IMG/VR virus record: IMGVR_UViG_3300011338_000488
Coordinates: 1-42,546 of that record
DNA: 42,546 nt
Reading direction: 5' to 3' (one strand)
DNA from: a virus
Taxonomy: Duplodnaviria > Caudoviricetes
Part shown: one piece after another, positions 28,152 to 37,561 of the stretch
How the letters are laid out: each line of letters starts with the position of its first letter
How positions within the stretch are numbered: the stretch's first letter is position 1
The notes under the pieces: model-generated
Seen by the model: only the letters and a program-made list of their open reading frames with translations
Told to the model about the DNA's origin: nothing
Databases searched by the model: none
Made by a program: the position numbers and the translations under genes

Positions 28152-28511
28152 ATGGCACGATTTTACAAATTCGTTATTCAGTTAGAATACGATAACGAAC
28201 CGCTAACACTTGAAGAACTGCAAAGCGATTATAACGAAGCGGTGCAATTAGAAGATTATAAAGAAGCTGGTAAAATTAAAAAGCTAATAGATGAACGTTT
28301 AGCTAATAATGAACCTGAATTTATTGTTGAACTTGAAGACTATTGTTATATTGACTTGGATGAAGTAGCAACGTTCTATAAAGCCGAATGGCAAGATGGC
28401 GGCGTTTTTACAAAGGTTATTTTAAAGGGCGGTTATGAACTACCGTTAAGTATAGATTTTGATGAATTTACTAAAATATTTTTTAATTTAAACACACATG
28501 GAAATGCTTGA
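28152..28511 (+). CDS. hypothetical protein with UVR-like coiled-coil motif
   Basis: EAVQLEDYKEAGKIKKLI resembles UvrB/C motif; start moved to 28152. Confidence 0.6.
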   Translation: MARFYKFVIQLEYDNEPLTLEELQSDYNEAVQLEDYKEAGKIKKLIDERLANNEPEFIVELEDYCYIDLDEVATFYKAEWQDGGVFTKVILKGGYELPLSIDFDEFTKIFFNLNTHGNA

Positions 28512-29328
28512 AAAATTTGTAGAAAAATTGGGTATTGAACCCGAACTAATTTTAAAATTAGAAGCTAACGAAATTAGTTTAGATGAAGCCGTTACCGGTT
28601 ACGTTTCAAAACTTGAAAAAACCGTACAGGAACGATTAGGAAAACAGATTGAAGAAGCTAAAAGCGCTGAACTATTTGGTGCGGCTTATGCTAAAACAGA
28701 AAAACAGATAGCTGATGCTTTTGCTATTGACCTAAAAAAATACGAAACAGTCGATAAAAAAGATAGGTTTAAAACGATTGTATCAGATTTGAAAAATCAA
28801 CAGGTTGAAATGTTGGAAAAGCTGAAATCTGAATATACTTCAGCCGATGCGCAAAAGTTGCAACAGCTAACACAACAGTTAGAATTAGCCAATGCAAAGC
28901 TAACTGAAAAAGAAATGCTAATGCAACAAGCTATTAAAGAAGAACAAGGTAAATTTCAAAACTATATTAAGAACCAGCAAATAGATAAAGTTCGCGGTTC
29001 GCTTGTTGAAACTGTTAAGAATCCAAGATTAGCGCCTAAAGAAATGCGCGCTATCTTAGAAGCTGAAATTCGTGAACGTGGTTTTGATTTTGAAATTGAT
29101 GCTGATAATAACATATGGGTTAACAAAGATGGCAACCGCGTTAAGCATCCATCTAAGCCAACAGAAAACCTAAAGTATGAAACGTTGTTTGAAATTATAG
29201 CCGCTGAATACAATTTTGAAAAGCAAAGTAACGGCGGCCAAACAAAAAGTTTTGAAATTGATGAAAAATCAAAAAGCGGAATCCATCCCGCGCGTTTGAA
29301 ATATTTACAAGAAAACGGTTTAATTTAG
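28498..29328 (+). CDS. capsid scaffolding protein (putative)
   Basis: Charged E/K/Q coiled coil directly upstream of capsid gene. Confidence 0.7.
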   Translation: MEMLEKFVEKLGIEPELILKLEANEISLDEAVTGYVSKLEKTVQERLGKQIEEAKSAELFGAAYAKTEKQIADAFAIDLKKYETVDKKDRFKTIVSDLKNQQVEMLEKLKSEYTSADAQKLQQLTQQLELANAKLTEKEMLMQQAIKEEQGKFQNYIKNQQIDKVRGSLVETVKNPRLAPKEMRAILEAEIRERGFDFEIDADNNIWVNKDGNRVKHPSKPTENLKYETLFEIIAAEYNFEKQSNGGQTKSFEIDEKSKSGIHPARLKYLQENGLI

Positions 29329-29350
29329 TTTAGTTTTGTTTGAAAGTTTG

Positions 29351-29377
29351 GGCAGTTCGGAAGGGCTGCCTTTTTTT
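29351..29377 (+). terminator. intrinsic terminator
   Basis: GGCAGTTC-GGAA-GGGCTGCC followed by T7. Confidence 0.85.
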
Positions 29378-29428
29378 GTGTAAAAAATAGTATAAAAAAA
29401 TTATAAAATTATTTATTTTAAAACATCT

Positions 29429-29436
29429 TATCTTTG
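29429..29436 (+). promoter_or_regulatory. probable promoter (-7 TATCTTTG) for capsid gene
   Basis: TAnnTTTG after terminator in AT-rich spacer, ~110 nt before capsid start. Confidence 0.6.
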
Positions 29437-29548
29437 CAGTAACGACCTCTCACAAAATAGGGTACTACGGTACAGAAAAAAACAGAACGCCCGGCAGCGT
29501 GGAAAATGCCAAACAAAAAACAATTTTTTAAAATTTAATATTCTTTAA

Positions 29549-31264
29549 ATGTCAACTATAAAACTCGCTGATGCGTGGAAAATTATAGACATATCGTTGA
29601 ATAATAACAATGGTATGCGCTCTATGCCTTCACCAAATATCGGCCTTTTGCAATTGCTTGTTAGTGCTGCAAACAAATCAGCATCTCAAGTTAAGCTTGG
29701 AAACGTGCAATCAGTAGAACAAGGTAACGGTAAAGTTTACAAAGTAACCCGCCGTTTCTTTCCGCGTTTGGCCGAATCTAATAATACAAGCCTTGAATAT
29801 TGCCCTACTGATGGCGATGTAGTTAAGCCGCTTTATGATGAAGTAGAAATTAAAAACAAAACGGTTTCTCAAAAAATCAAAATTGATGATGAGTTAATTC
29901 GTTGTATCAAAGAAAGCCGCGCTGATTATCAAAACAGCTATGTTAATGAAGTTCTTAGAAATCACATTAACAAGTTAGGTAAAGAAGTAGCGACGGTTGT
30001 TGCAAATGGCGGTTTCGTTGGTAACTTCGTTAAGTGCGATTGTAACAGCCCTGCTGTTACTTCTAAGTCTTTGCCTTTGTTCCTTTCAAGTGGTTTAGGT
30101 ATTAACCCTGTTGGTGAATCTATTTTAGATAGCGACCGCAAACAGGCCGAAATTGAACAACAGCTTATTTTGGTAGGTGGTACTTTGTTGGACCAATACC
30201 GTAAAGCACGCGCAATTGCAAGCGGTAATGATGCTGGTTTTGATGCTTCATTACTTGACATCACCCGTTCAATTTTCTACGATACTAACTTAGGCGCTGC
30301 ATTCGGTAACACTAACGAAATTATCGCAATGGCACCGGGCGCGCTTCAACTTATCACATACGCAAAAAATAAAGGTCAGTTTAGCTATGACTTTGAAGAC
30401 CAAATGCGTACGACTGTGGTAGACCCATGGCTGGGTATTGAGCATGATGTTTTGATGTCTTACGGTAAATGTAATGAAGAAATTGAACTATACATCCAAT
30501 TCGCTACTAACTGGGCGGTAGTTGGTATGCCTAAATGTTGGGCACAAAATGACTGTTTGTTTGACGGCGTATTAGACGTATTCAAATATGAAGTTATTTG
30601 CGCTGATACAGGATATTGCGACATTGAACCTGCTTGCGGTGCTACTGGTGCGCCTGTTGCTACTGATGCAACGTTCTGCGAATCAGCTGAACAATGCGAA
30701 GTTGCATGCCAAGCTAACTTCTACAGCAAATCTGTAACAGGTGAACTTTTCTCAGGTGATGAAATTGATGTAACTGATGCAGTTGCTATTCAAATTAACG
30801 GCTTACCTATTTCTGTAGGTGGTTCTTTTGATACAGGAACAGAAGCAGGTGCTAATGCTTATGCCGCCGCTGTTCAAGTTGCACTCGCTGCCGCTGGTTA
30901 TGTTTATAGCGTATCAGGTGGTTGGGATGGCACAGGTTTAACCCTTGCAATTTTGACTACAGGCGCTGTAACTTCGGTTGTAGTTGTTTCTGCTACAGGT
31001 GCTGATGTTGCCCTTACAGTTTCTACTGAAACACTTACAAATGTTTATGATGCTTCAACAGCTTCAACAGGTGCAACACTAACCGACCTTGCATGGACTT
31101 TGCCTTCTGCAACTACATTTAACGGTACGCCAACTGAATCAATCATAGGTGTGACAAATGTATTTGGTTTAGTAGGTAACTTCTATACTACTTTAGCAGG
31201 TTCTGCACAACTTATCATTACTGATAGCGTTGATTGCGAAGATACCGCAAATAAAACAATTTAG
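29549..31264 (+). CDS. major capsid protein with ~200-aa C-terminal extension
   Basis: After scaffold, own promoter and terminator; APGALQL-type motif; A/T/V/G-rich C-terminus. Confidence 0.72.
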   Translation: MSTIKLADAWKIIDISLNNNNGMRSMPSPNIGLLQLLVSAANKSASQVKLGNVQSVEQGNGKVYKVTRRFFPRLAESNNTSLEYCPTDGDVVKPLYDEVEIKNKTVSQKIKIDDELIRCIKESRADYQNSYVNEVLRNHINKLGKEVATVVANGGFVGNFVKCDCNSPAVTSKSLPLFLSSGLGINPVGESILDSDRKQAEIEQQLILVGGTLLDQYRKARAIASGNDAGFDASLLDITRSIFYDTNLGAAFGNTNEIIAMAPGALQLITYAKNKGQFSYDFEDQMRTTVVDPWLGIEHDVLMSYGKCNEEIELYIQFATNWAVVGMPKCWAQNDCLFDGVLDVFKYEVICADTGYCDIEPACGATGAPVATDATFCESAEQCEVACQANFYSKSVTGELFSGDEIDVTDAVAIQINGLPISVGGSFDTGTEAGANAYAAAVQVALAAAGYVYSVSGGWDGTGLTLAILTTGAVTSVVVVSATGADVALTVSTETLTNVYDASTASTGATLTDLAWTLPSATTFNGTPTESIIGVTNVFGLVGNFYTTLAGSAQLIITDSVDCEDTANKTI

Positions 31265-31276
31265 TTCTAATGACCA

Positions 31277-31299
31277 GGGGCGGCAAACCGCCCCTTTTT
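31277..31299 (+). terminator. intrinsic terminator
   Basis: GGGGCGG-CAAA-CCGCCCC followed by T5. Confidence 0.88.
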
Positions 31300-31312
31300 A
31301 AAATATAAACAC

Positions 31313-31696
31313 ATGGTTAACTATTCAAAAAAAATAGCACAAGCATTAATAATAATTCGTAAATATTACGGCGCTATAAATGTACAGCGTACCGATAACG
31401 AAAATGTTGTTTATCTATTTGACTATACAACACAAAAGAAAACAATTGGAAGCGAAAAAATTAACAAGGCTGTCGAAAAGGCTGTAAAGCAAAATGATTT
31501 CCCAAAAGATATTTATTATTCTGAGGGCCTATTATCAATTATTAAAATAGAAGAAAATGTACAACAAGGACAAGGACAAGGACAAACCGAAGCCATCGAA
31601 GCCGATGAAACCGTTGAAGCCGAAGAAATAACCGAAACTGAAAAGCCAAAAAAACGCGGTCGTAAAAAACAAACTGATATAGATGCTGAATCTTAA
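31313..31696 (+). CDS. hypothetical protein (QG repeat, acidic stretch, PKKRGRKK tail)
   Basis: ORF after capsid gene; CAAGGA x3. Confidence 0.65.
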   Translation: MVNYSKKIAQALIIIRKYYGAINVQRTDNENVVYLFDYTTQKKTIGSEKINKAVEKAVKQNDFPKDIYYSEGLLSIIKIEENVQQGQGQGQTEAIEADETVEAEEITETEKPKKRGRKKQTDIDAES

Positions 31697-32663
31697 TACA
31701 CCTACTTGTTTAGAAAACTACATAATAAGTCTAAATGGCTGTTATGCGCCTAATACGGTACCTACCAGCGGTTATTATTTAGAAAACCTTGAAGGTTTAA
31801 CTATAAATAATGTAGCTGCGGTTAGTTCTGAAGCGCTTGTTTCTGCTACGTTAACCGTGCAAGAAAAAATGTATTTTGCAGCTGATGTAGTTGAAAAACG
31901 TTTAAAGGCTGTTTTAAATGCGCGTGGTATTAAACTTAACAGCATAGGTTCTAAATATTCTGTTTGTGGTGTATCGAATGTTATTGATATACCGGTAGCA
32001 TTTAACCGTGGCATAAAGATTTCTAAAAAATGGATAGATAGCCCACAAAGCCGTATTTATATTGATACAGTTAAATTTAAGGCTTCTAATAACGGCAATA
32101 GCACAATTTACGTTACAGATTATGTTGGCAATATATTATTTAGTCAGGCTGTTTCTGTTTTTGCAGATACAGAAATGCACATATTTATTAAAAAATCGTT
32201 TAAAGAAGATGTATTATTAGTTACATGGGATAATACTAATATATCGCCTTATCTGTACACGTGCAATGCTGCAACAAACTGCAAACCATGTGGCGATACT
32301 GTTTTAGATGTGCAAGGTTGGAATGGCATAGCAGCACAACCGCAGGGTTATTTAGGTGCGTGTGTACGTGTTGATTGTGTCGATACTGATATTATTTGTC
32401 AGTTTTTAGACCGTTTAGGCATGGCGATTTTGTATCAAACAGGTGTTCAAATTTTAAAAGAATGGGTATCACCTAATAACCGTTTAAATCTAATTAAAAC
32501 GCACGGTAACGAATGGGCCAATATCAAAATAGGTGAATGGGAAAATGCAAGTATTGAGGCTTTAGATAACGAAATTGACAATATTATACAGTTACTTGAA
32601 GCTGACCGCTTTTGTTATAAATGTGAACCACGTTTAAGAATGTACCCAATGTTTCCAGGATAA
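31683..32663 (+). CDS. putative head-tail adaptor/head completion protein (Cys-rich)
   Basis: Positional. Confidence 0.5.
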   Translation: MLNLNTPTCLENYIISLNGCYAPNTVPTSGYYLENLEGLTINNVAAVSSEALVSATLTVQEKMYFAADVVEKRLKAVLNARGIKLNSIGSKYSVCGVSNVIDIPVAFNRGIKISKKWIDSPQSRIYIDTVKFKASNNGNSTIYVTDYVGNILFSQAVSVFADTEMHIFIKKSFKEDVLLVTWDNTNISPYLYTCNAATNCKPCGDTVLDVQGWNGIAAQPQGYLGACVRVDCVDTDIICQFLDRLGMAILYQTGVQILKEWVSPNNRLNLIKTHGNEWANIKIGEWENASIEALDNEIDNIIQLLEADRFCYKCEPRLRMYPMFPG

Positions 32664-33229
32664 TGACTATAACTGAACGCTTAGAAATACTATCACAGGT
32701 TGTAAATGATGACAACACAGCGCGTAGAATTTCGCAAGCTGCCGCGTTTCAAGTTATAGCCGAATATAAGCAAAGGATATTTTTTTTAGGATTAGATAGT
32801 TCTGGTAGTCAGATAGGAACTTATAGTGTTAATCCGTTTTATATAAACCCGATTAGTCTTACAACTGTTAAAGCTGGTGGTATAAAGCCGCAAGGTAAAA
32901 ACGGCCAAACGGTTTTTAAGAATGGCAATCCGCATAAAACAAAGTATTTAACACAAGGTTATAAAGAATTAAGAGATTTAACAGGTAGGCAATCAGGCAC
33001 GGTAGATTTAAATTTTAGCGGTTCGTTATTTCAAAGTATTAAAGTAACTGAAAGCGGATTGAATAGCGCGATAACTTATACCAATGATGAAATGGCCAAT
33101 ATAATGGAATTTAACGAAGATAGGTTTAGTAAAGAAATCGCAACCGTATCAGTTGAAGAGCGCGAATTAGGCGAAACCGCTGCACGAAATGAACTATTAG
33201 CAATTTTAGAAGAAATAGATACACTTTAA
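32663..33229 (+). CDS. putative neck/tail completion protein
   Basis: RIF..G....G..IG.YS...GY...R...GRQ...VDLNFSG.L..S pattern of phage morphogenesis proteins. Confidence 0.6.
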   Translation: MTITERLEILSQVVNDDNTARRISQAAAFQVIAEYKQRIFFLGLDSSGSQIGTYSVNPFYINPISLTTVKAGGIKPQGKNGQTVFKNGNPHKTKYLTQGYKELRDLTGRQSGTVDLNFSGSLFQSIKVTESGLNSAITYTNDEMANIMEFNEDRFSKEIATVSVEERELGETAARNELLAILEEIDTL

Positions 33230-33231
33230 TA

Positions 33232-33804
33232 ATGTACGTAACACAAGATATAATAACCGAACTAATTAAACAGATTGATACTTCAATGGCTGCCGTAAAT
33301 GTAAATGTTCACGGTAATGGCATTGCTGTAAAAGATACTGCAGGCCAGGTTGTTACTTTGAATGTTACGCAAAACGGCACACGAAACTATGTTGGCATCT
33401 CAGACACCGCGCGAACGGGTTATTATATCCGTGTTAATGGTATTGTTTCGGAAACAAGAAAAGCAGCGAATACAAAGCGCGGAAGTTGTGGTATCGAATT
33501 GGATGTGCGTGTTCCATTTAAATTAGTTTTTTGGCATCAATGCGCTGACCCTCGAATGCTTTTGGATAGCGTTAAATTTGCGCTTTACGGTGCGAATTTT
33601 AAGGGCGTGCAATGGCAATACGCAATAGTTAACCCGCGTTTGTTCCCTGTATCAAATGAAATTTTACCTTGGACCGTTTACGCTGCCGAAACAGGCAAAG
33701 ACCCAAAAACGCTGCAAAGCCTTATGCAAATAGTTAGTTTAGATTTTGAATTACGTTATGATTTTAGCTTAACTGAAAAATGTAAGCCGTTCACGATATG
33801 TTAA
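33232..33804 (+). CDS. putative tail terminator/structural protein
   Basis: Positional. Confidence 0.45.
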   Translation: MYVTQDIITELIKQIDTSMAAVNVNVHGNGIAVKDTAGQVVTLNVTQNGTRNYVGISDTARTGYYIRVNGIVSETRKAANTKRGSCGIELDVRVPFKLVFWHQCADPRMLLDSVKFALYGANFKGVQWQYAIVNPRLFPVSNEILPWTVYAAETGKDPKTLQSLMQIVSLDFELRYDFSLTEKCKPFTIC

Positions 33805-33846
33805 GATTCACTATGCCGCTAAGTTTCGCTACCTTAGGACATTAGT

Positions 33847-33875
33847 AGGGGGTTGGAATAAATACCCCCTTTTTT
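33847..33875 (+). terminator. intrinsic terminator
   Basis: AGGGGGT...ACCCCCT followed by T-run. Confidence 0.8.
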
Positions 33876-33898
33876 AGAAAATATTAAACTTTATATAT

Positions 33899-34222
33899 AT
33901 GCCTTGTTGTAATTGTTGCGAAAAAACCTTAAATTTGGGCTGCCTTAATGCTTGTAATGCTGTTTATAATACAGGTATTGTTGTAGATGCGTTAACTGCA
34001 GGCACTTGGGTTTTAGAATTAACTTTTGGTTCTGTAAATATTTATTATAGTGCTGATGTTTTAGATGGTGAAACGGTAATATTTACGCTTACAAATTTGA
34101 ACGAAAGTTACACCTACCAAGGACAAATAATTGACCCTAATGGCGAAATTGTTAAACTTGAAGTTAACGGCATCGAATATGATTGTATTGAATTTAGCAC
34201 TAAAACAATAATAAACCAATGA
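33899..34222 (+). CDS. small Cys-rich structural protein (MPCCNCC...)
   Basis: ATGA-coupled to fibre gene. Confidence 0.6.
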   Translation: MPCCNCCEKTLNLGCLNACNAVYNTGIVVDALTAGTWVLELTFGSVNIYYSADVLDGETVIFTLTNLNESYTYQGQIIDPNGEIVKLEVNGIEYDCIEFSTKTIINQ

Positions 34223-35568
34223 TAGATATTGTAAAACTTGCGAATGGCAATGTAGCTATTTATGATTCGACTTCGGGCGATTTTATTAACAGCCTTAGCC
34301 CCGATATAGTTGAAATTGAATGCAACGTAAACGGCAGCGTTAAAATAGTTCAAGATAATGGCAGCGTTGAATACATCGACCCTGCACAAGTTGCAAATAC
34401 CGAAGTAGTACCAGCGGCGGCAATTCCGTTTTCAGGTACTTGCGCCGATTTAGCAGCCTTGTTAAGTAGCGATTTTTTTTTTGTAGTTAGTGGCGGCAGC
34501 GGTCCGACACCTGATTTAGCTACTGTTTTAGCTGCAGGCAATTCTGCAGGTAATTTAGATATTATTGATTTAAACTTATTGGATTTTGACACGGCTACGA
34601 CTTCAACGGCAGGCGCTGGGCAATTAGTTTGGAATGACACGCTCGGCACTTTAAACTTAGGCTTAAAAGGTGGCAGTACTACATTAAATGTAGGGCAGCA
34701 ACTTATTACAAGAGTTGTAAATAAAACAACGCCTTTAGTGCCGCTTACAAAGGCAGGCTATAAAGTTGTAATAGTAGCAGGCGCAACAGGTCAAAGACTT
34801 GCCGTAAAGCTCGCAAAGGCTGACAATGATGCAAATAGCGCAGGAACTCTCGGTATTGTTTGCGAAAATATCGCAGTTAACCAAGAGGGTTTTATTGTTT
34901 CGGATGGTCCGCTTACAGGCATCAATACAACTGGTTCACTTCAGGGTGAAACTTGGAACGATGGCGATTTGCTGTATCTCAGTCCGACTGTTTTTGGTGG
35001 CGTTACAAATGTAAAACCGAGCGCACCATTTCATGAAGTTAGAGTTGGTTATGTCGAATATGCACATGGTGTTAACGGTAAAATATTTGTTAAGATTGAT
35101 AATGGTTATGAGTTAGATGAATTGCATAATGTAGCGATAAATTCGGGCACGTTGGCGAATAAAGACATTTTGCAGTACAATTTATCTTCATTAGTTTGGG
35201 AGAATAAAAAACAGCCTATCGAAATACAGTTAGCTGCAAGTGACGAAACAACAGCACTAACAGCGGGCACTAATAAGGTTACATTTAGGCTACCAGTTGC
35301 TTTTACTTTAACGGCTGTTCGTGCTTCGCTTACAATTGCACAAGCATCGGGTTCTATTTTTACCGTTGACATAAATCAAAGCGGTTCTTCTGTTTTAGGT
35401 ACTAAGTTGACCATTGACAATACAGAAAAAACAAGCACAACAGCTGCAACGCCTGCAACTATTACGACATCGGCACTTACTGATGATGCTGAAATTACGG
35501 TCGACATTGACCAAATCGGGAACGGTACTGCAACAGGTTTGAAAATTACACTAATCGGAACAAGATGA
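34219..35568 (+). CDS. tail fibre/spike-like protein
   Basis: LATVLAAGN, GQLVWND, GYELDELHNV.I...DILQYN...WEN fibre modules; G/T/A-rich. Confidence 0.7.
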   Translation: MIDIVKLANGNVAIYDSTSGDFINSLSPDIVEIECNVNGSVKIVQDNGSVEYIDPAQVANTEVVPAAAIPFSGTCADLAALLSSDFFFVVSGGSGPTPDLATVLAAGNSAGNLDIIDLNLLDFDTATTSTAGAGQLVWNDTLGTLNLGLKGGSTTLNVGQQLITRVVNKTTPLVPLTKAGYKVVIVAGATGQRLAVKLAKADNDANSAGTLGIVCENIAVNQEGFIVSDGPLTGINTTGSLQGETWNDGDLLYLSPTVFGGVTNVKPSAPFHEVRVGYVEYAHGVNGKIFVKIDNGYELDELHNVAINSGTLANKDILQYNLSSLVWENKKQPIEIQLAASDETTALTAGTNKVTFRLPVAFTLTAVRASLTIAQASGSIFTVDINQSGSSVLGTKLTIDNTEKTSTTAATPATITTSALTDDAEITVDIDQIGNGTATGLKITLIGTR

Positions 35569-36356
35569 TAATAAATCCATATAGCTTCGGGGTTGCTTAT
35601 GACCCCGATGCACAGGCATTTTTCACGGCTTCAGGCTTAACAGGTGCGACAAACTTAACAGCTATAAACAATTTAGTTGTGGCTTTAAAAGGTTACGGTA
35701 TTTGGACAAAGATGAAAGCGATTTATCCAATGATTGGCGGAACTGCTGCATTGCATAAGTGGAATTTAAAAGACCCACAGGATACTAATGCAGCATTTAG
35801 GTTAGTGTTTTCGGGTGGGTGGACACATAGCAGTACAGGGGCAAAGCCGGGAGGAGTTAATGGTTATGCTGATACATTTCTTACAAGTTCAGTAGCATTA
35901 ACACAGAATAGTACACATATTTCATATTACAGCAGAACTCAAAGCGCAGGAACAGAGGTTGAGATTGGTACTTCAACAGGTCCAAACGCAACTGATAACG
36001 GTTCATTACTTGAAATTAGAACATCAAATATAACTTATTATAGAATAAACTCACAAGGTACATATATTACTTATACAGATGTAGATAGTAGAGCTTTTTA
36101 TGTAGCAAATAGAACTGCATCAAATGTTGTAAACGGTTGGAGAAATAGCACTAAGGTAGTAACAGGAACAACTGCAAGTTCTGGATTAAGTACTCGAACT
36201 TTTTGGTTAGGAGGTTTTAATTCTGGTGGCAGTGCTTTTTATTCAACAAAAGAATGTGCATTTAGTAGTATCGGTGACGGACTAACAGATACCGAAGCCG
36301 CAAACCTATATTTAGCCGTACAAGCATATCAAACAACTTTAAGCCGAAACGTATGA
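35565..36356 (+). CDS. fibre-associated/receptor-binding-like protein
   Basis: DPDAQAF...LK..GIW.KMKAIYP N-terminus and beta-rich lectin-like C-terminus. Confidence 0.55.
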   Translation: MIINPYSFGVAYDPDAQAFFTASGLTGATNLTAINNLVVALKGYGIWTKMKAIYPMIGGTAALHKWNLKDPQDTNAAFRLVFSGGWTHSSTGAKPGGVNGYADTFLTSSVALTQNSTHISYYSRTQSAGTEVEIGTSTGPNATDNGSLLEIRTSNITYYRINSQGTYITYTDVDSRAFYVANRTASNVVNGWRNSTKVVTGTTASSGLSTRTFWLGGFNSGGSAFYSTKECAFSSIGDGLTDTEAANLYLAVQAYQTTLSRNV

Positions 36357-36574
36357 CACAAGTAGGACTTTTAACAGAAACACAAAAGGATAACTTAGTC
36401 GGGCAAATGTATGACGAGGATAGTTTCTTCAATCCAATTTTGGATTTGTACGACCAGTACATTATTTCAGTTCAAGAAATGGACTTTTGCACAAATCCTG
36501 AGTTTCTTTGGGTAAAAGATTTGCCGCTTATTCCATATGAACCAAAACCATCACCACCATTCCCACCAATGTAA
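36353..36574 (+). CDS. small hypothetical protein (fibre accessory candidate)
   Basis: ATGA-coupled; FNPI.D...WVKDLPLIPYEPKP. Confidence 0.65.
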   Translation: MTQVGLLTETQKDNLVGQMYDEDSFFNPILDLYDQYIISVQEMDFCTNPEFLWVKDLPLIPYEPKPSPPFPPM

Positions 36575-37062
36575 TGCTATCACTTCTTATCCTTATACCA
36601 ATCGCCGCCTCAATAATAGTGTTTTTACATTACTGCATAGGTTCACCGTTGCAGGGAGAATACTATACAGGTAGAATATTTTCGTTTTACGGCGCTTTTA
36701 TTTCTAAACGCTACTTAGACTTCGAACAAAAAGAAAAAAACCGCGTGTGGGCAAAATATAACGCGTGGAAGCAAAAACGCGATAAGGAACTAAACGAGGA
36801 ACTGCAAAACAAAACAGCTAATGAAGCTGATACTATTTATAAAGAATATCTACAACAAGTAGAATCAGTTTACAACGATACCGAAAACAACATGAAAAAT
36901 AACCCTTGGTCAATGGCGGGCGCGTGTCCTATCTGTTTTGGTACTTGGGTTTCAATATTTACATTTACGTTCTTTATAATCTTTGTTCCCCTGCCGTGGT
37001 GGTATATCTTCATAGGTACGCCAGCCGCGGTCATTGTTTCACGTTATATTAAACTAAGTTAA
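36574..37062 (+). CDS. membrane protein with CPIC motif (DUF1360-like)
   Basis: N-terminal TM, soluble coiled coil, CPICFGTW before two C-terminal TMs. Confidence 0.6.
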   Translation: MLSLLILIPIAASIIVFLHYCIGSPLQGEYYTGRIFSFYGAFISKRYLDFEQKEKNRVWAKYNAWKQKRDKELNEELQNKTANEADTIYKEYLQQVESVYNDTENNMKNNPWSMAGACPICFGTWVSIFTFTFFIIFVPLPWWYIFIGTPAAVIVSRYIKLS

Positions 37063-37502
37063 TGGATTCCCTGACTATTACCGCCGATTCGCTACGCGTT
37101 GCATCTGATTCGCTAAACTATTTTATAAAGATTTTACCCGAAATCAAACAACAGCTAAACATATTAAAGCCCCTTATTATTTGCCTTAGTTTTTTGTTAC
37201 TTGTTGACTTTTTAACAGGCGTTCGTAAAGCAAGGGCATTAAATGAAAAAATACAATCGCGCGGATTTAGACGAACCATTTCTAAAATGAATGATTACTG
37301 CTTGGCTATTATTAGCAGTCAAGTTTTCACTTGGATGTTAGATTTAAATTTTACGCTATCTTACTACGTAGCTTTATTCGTTTGCGGTATTGAATTAAAA
37401 TCTATTTTCGAAAATGTTTCACAGACTACAGGCGTTAATATAATCGGTTACTTCAAAGGATTTATACCAACGCCTAAAGATTTACTCAAGAAAGATAAAT
37501 AA
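37062..37502 (+). CDS. holin (Phage_holin_4_1-like)
   Basis: VDFLTGV.KA...I.S.GFRRT..K...Y...IELKSIFEN; about 3 TMs. Confidence 0.85.
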   Translation: MDSLTITADSLRVASDSLNYFIKILPEIKQQLNILKPLIICLSFLLLVDFLTGVRKARALNEKIQSRGFRRTISKMNDYCLAIISSQVFTWMLDLNFTLSYYVALFVCGIELKSIFENVSQTTGVNIIGYFKGFIPTPKDLLKKDK

Positions 37503-37533
37503 AGTTTTGCTCTTTTTGTTGTTTTCATGTGTG

Positions 37534-37561
37534 GCCGCTGCTTTTTTTGGGCAGCGGTTTT
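37534..37561 (+). terminator. terminator at the convergence of late and leftward operons
   Basis: GCCGCTGCTT...GGGCAGCGGT followed by T-run. Confidence 0.75.

Noticed and set aside
31564-31586. CAAGGA tandem repeat
   Set aside because: Three in-frame copies encoding a QG linker; ordinary low complexity
34219-36574. Diversity-generating retroelement or invertible fibre cassette
   Set aside because: No reverse transcriptase or invertase, and no template/variable repeat pair noticed by eye
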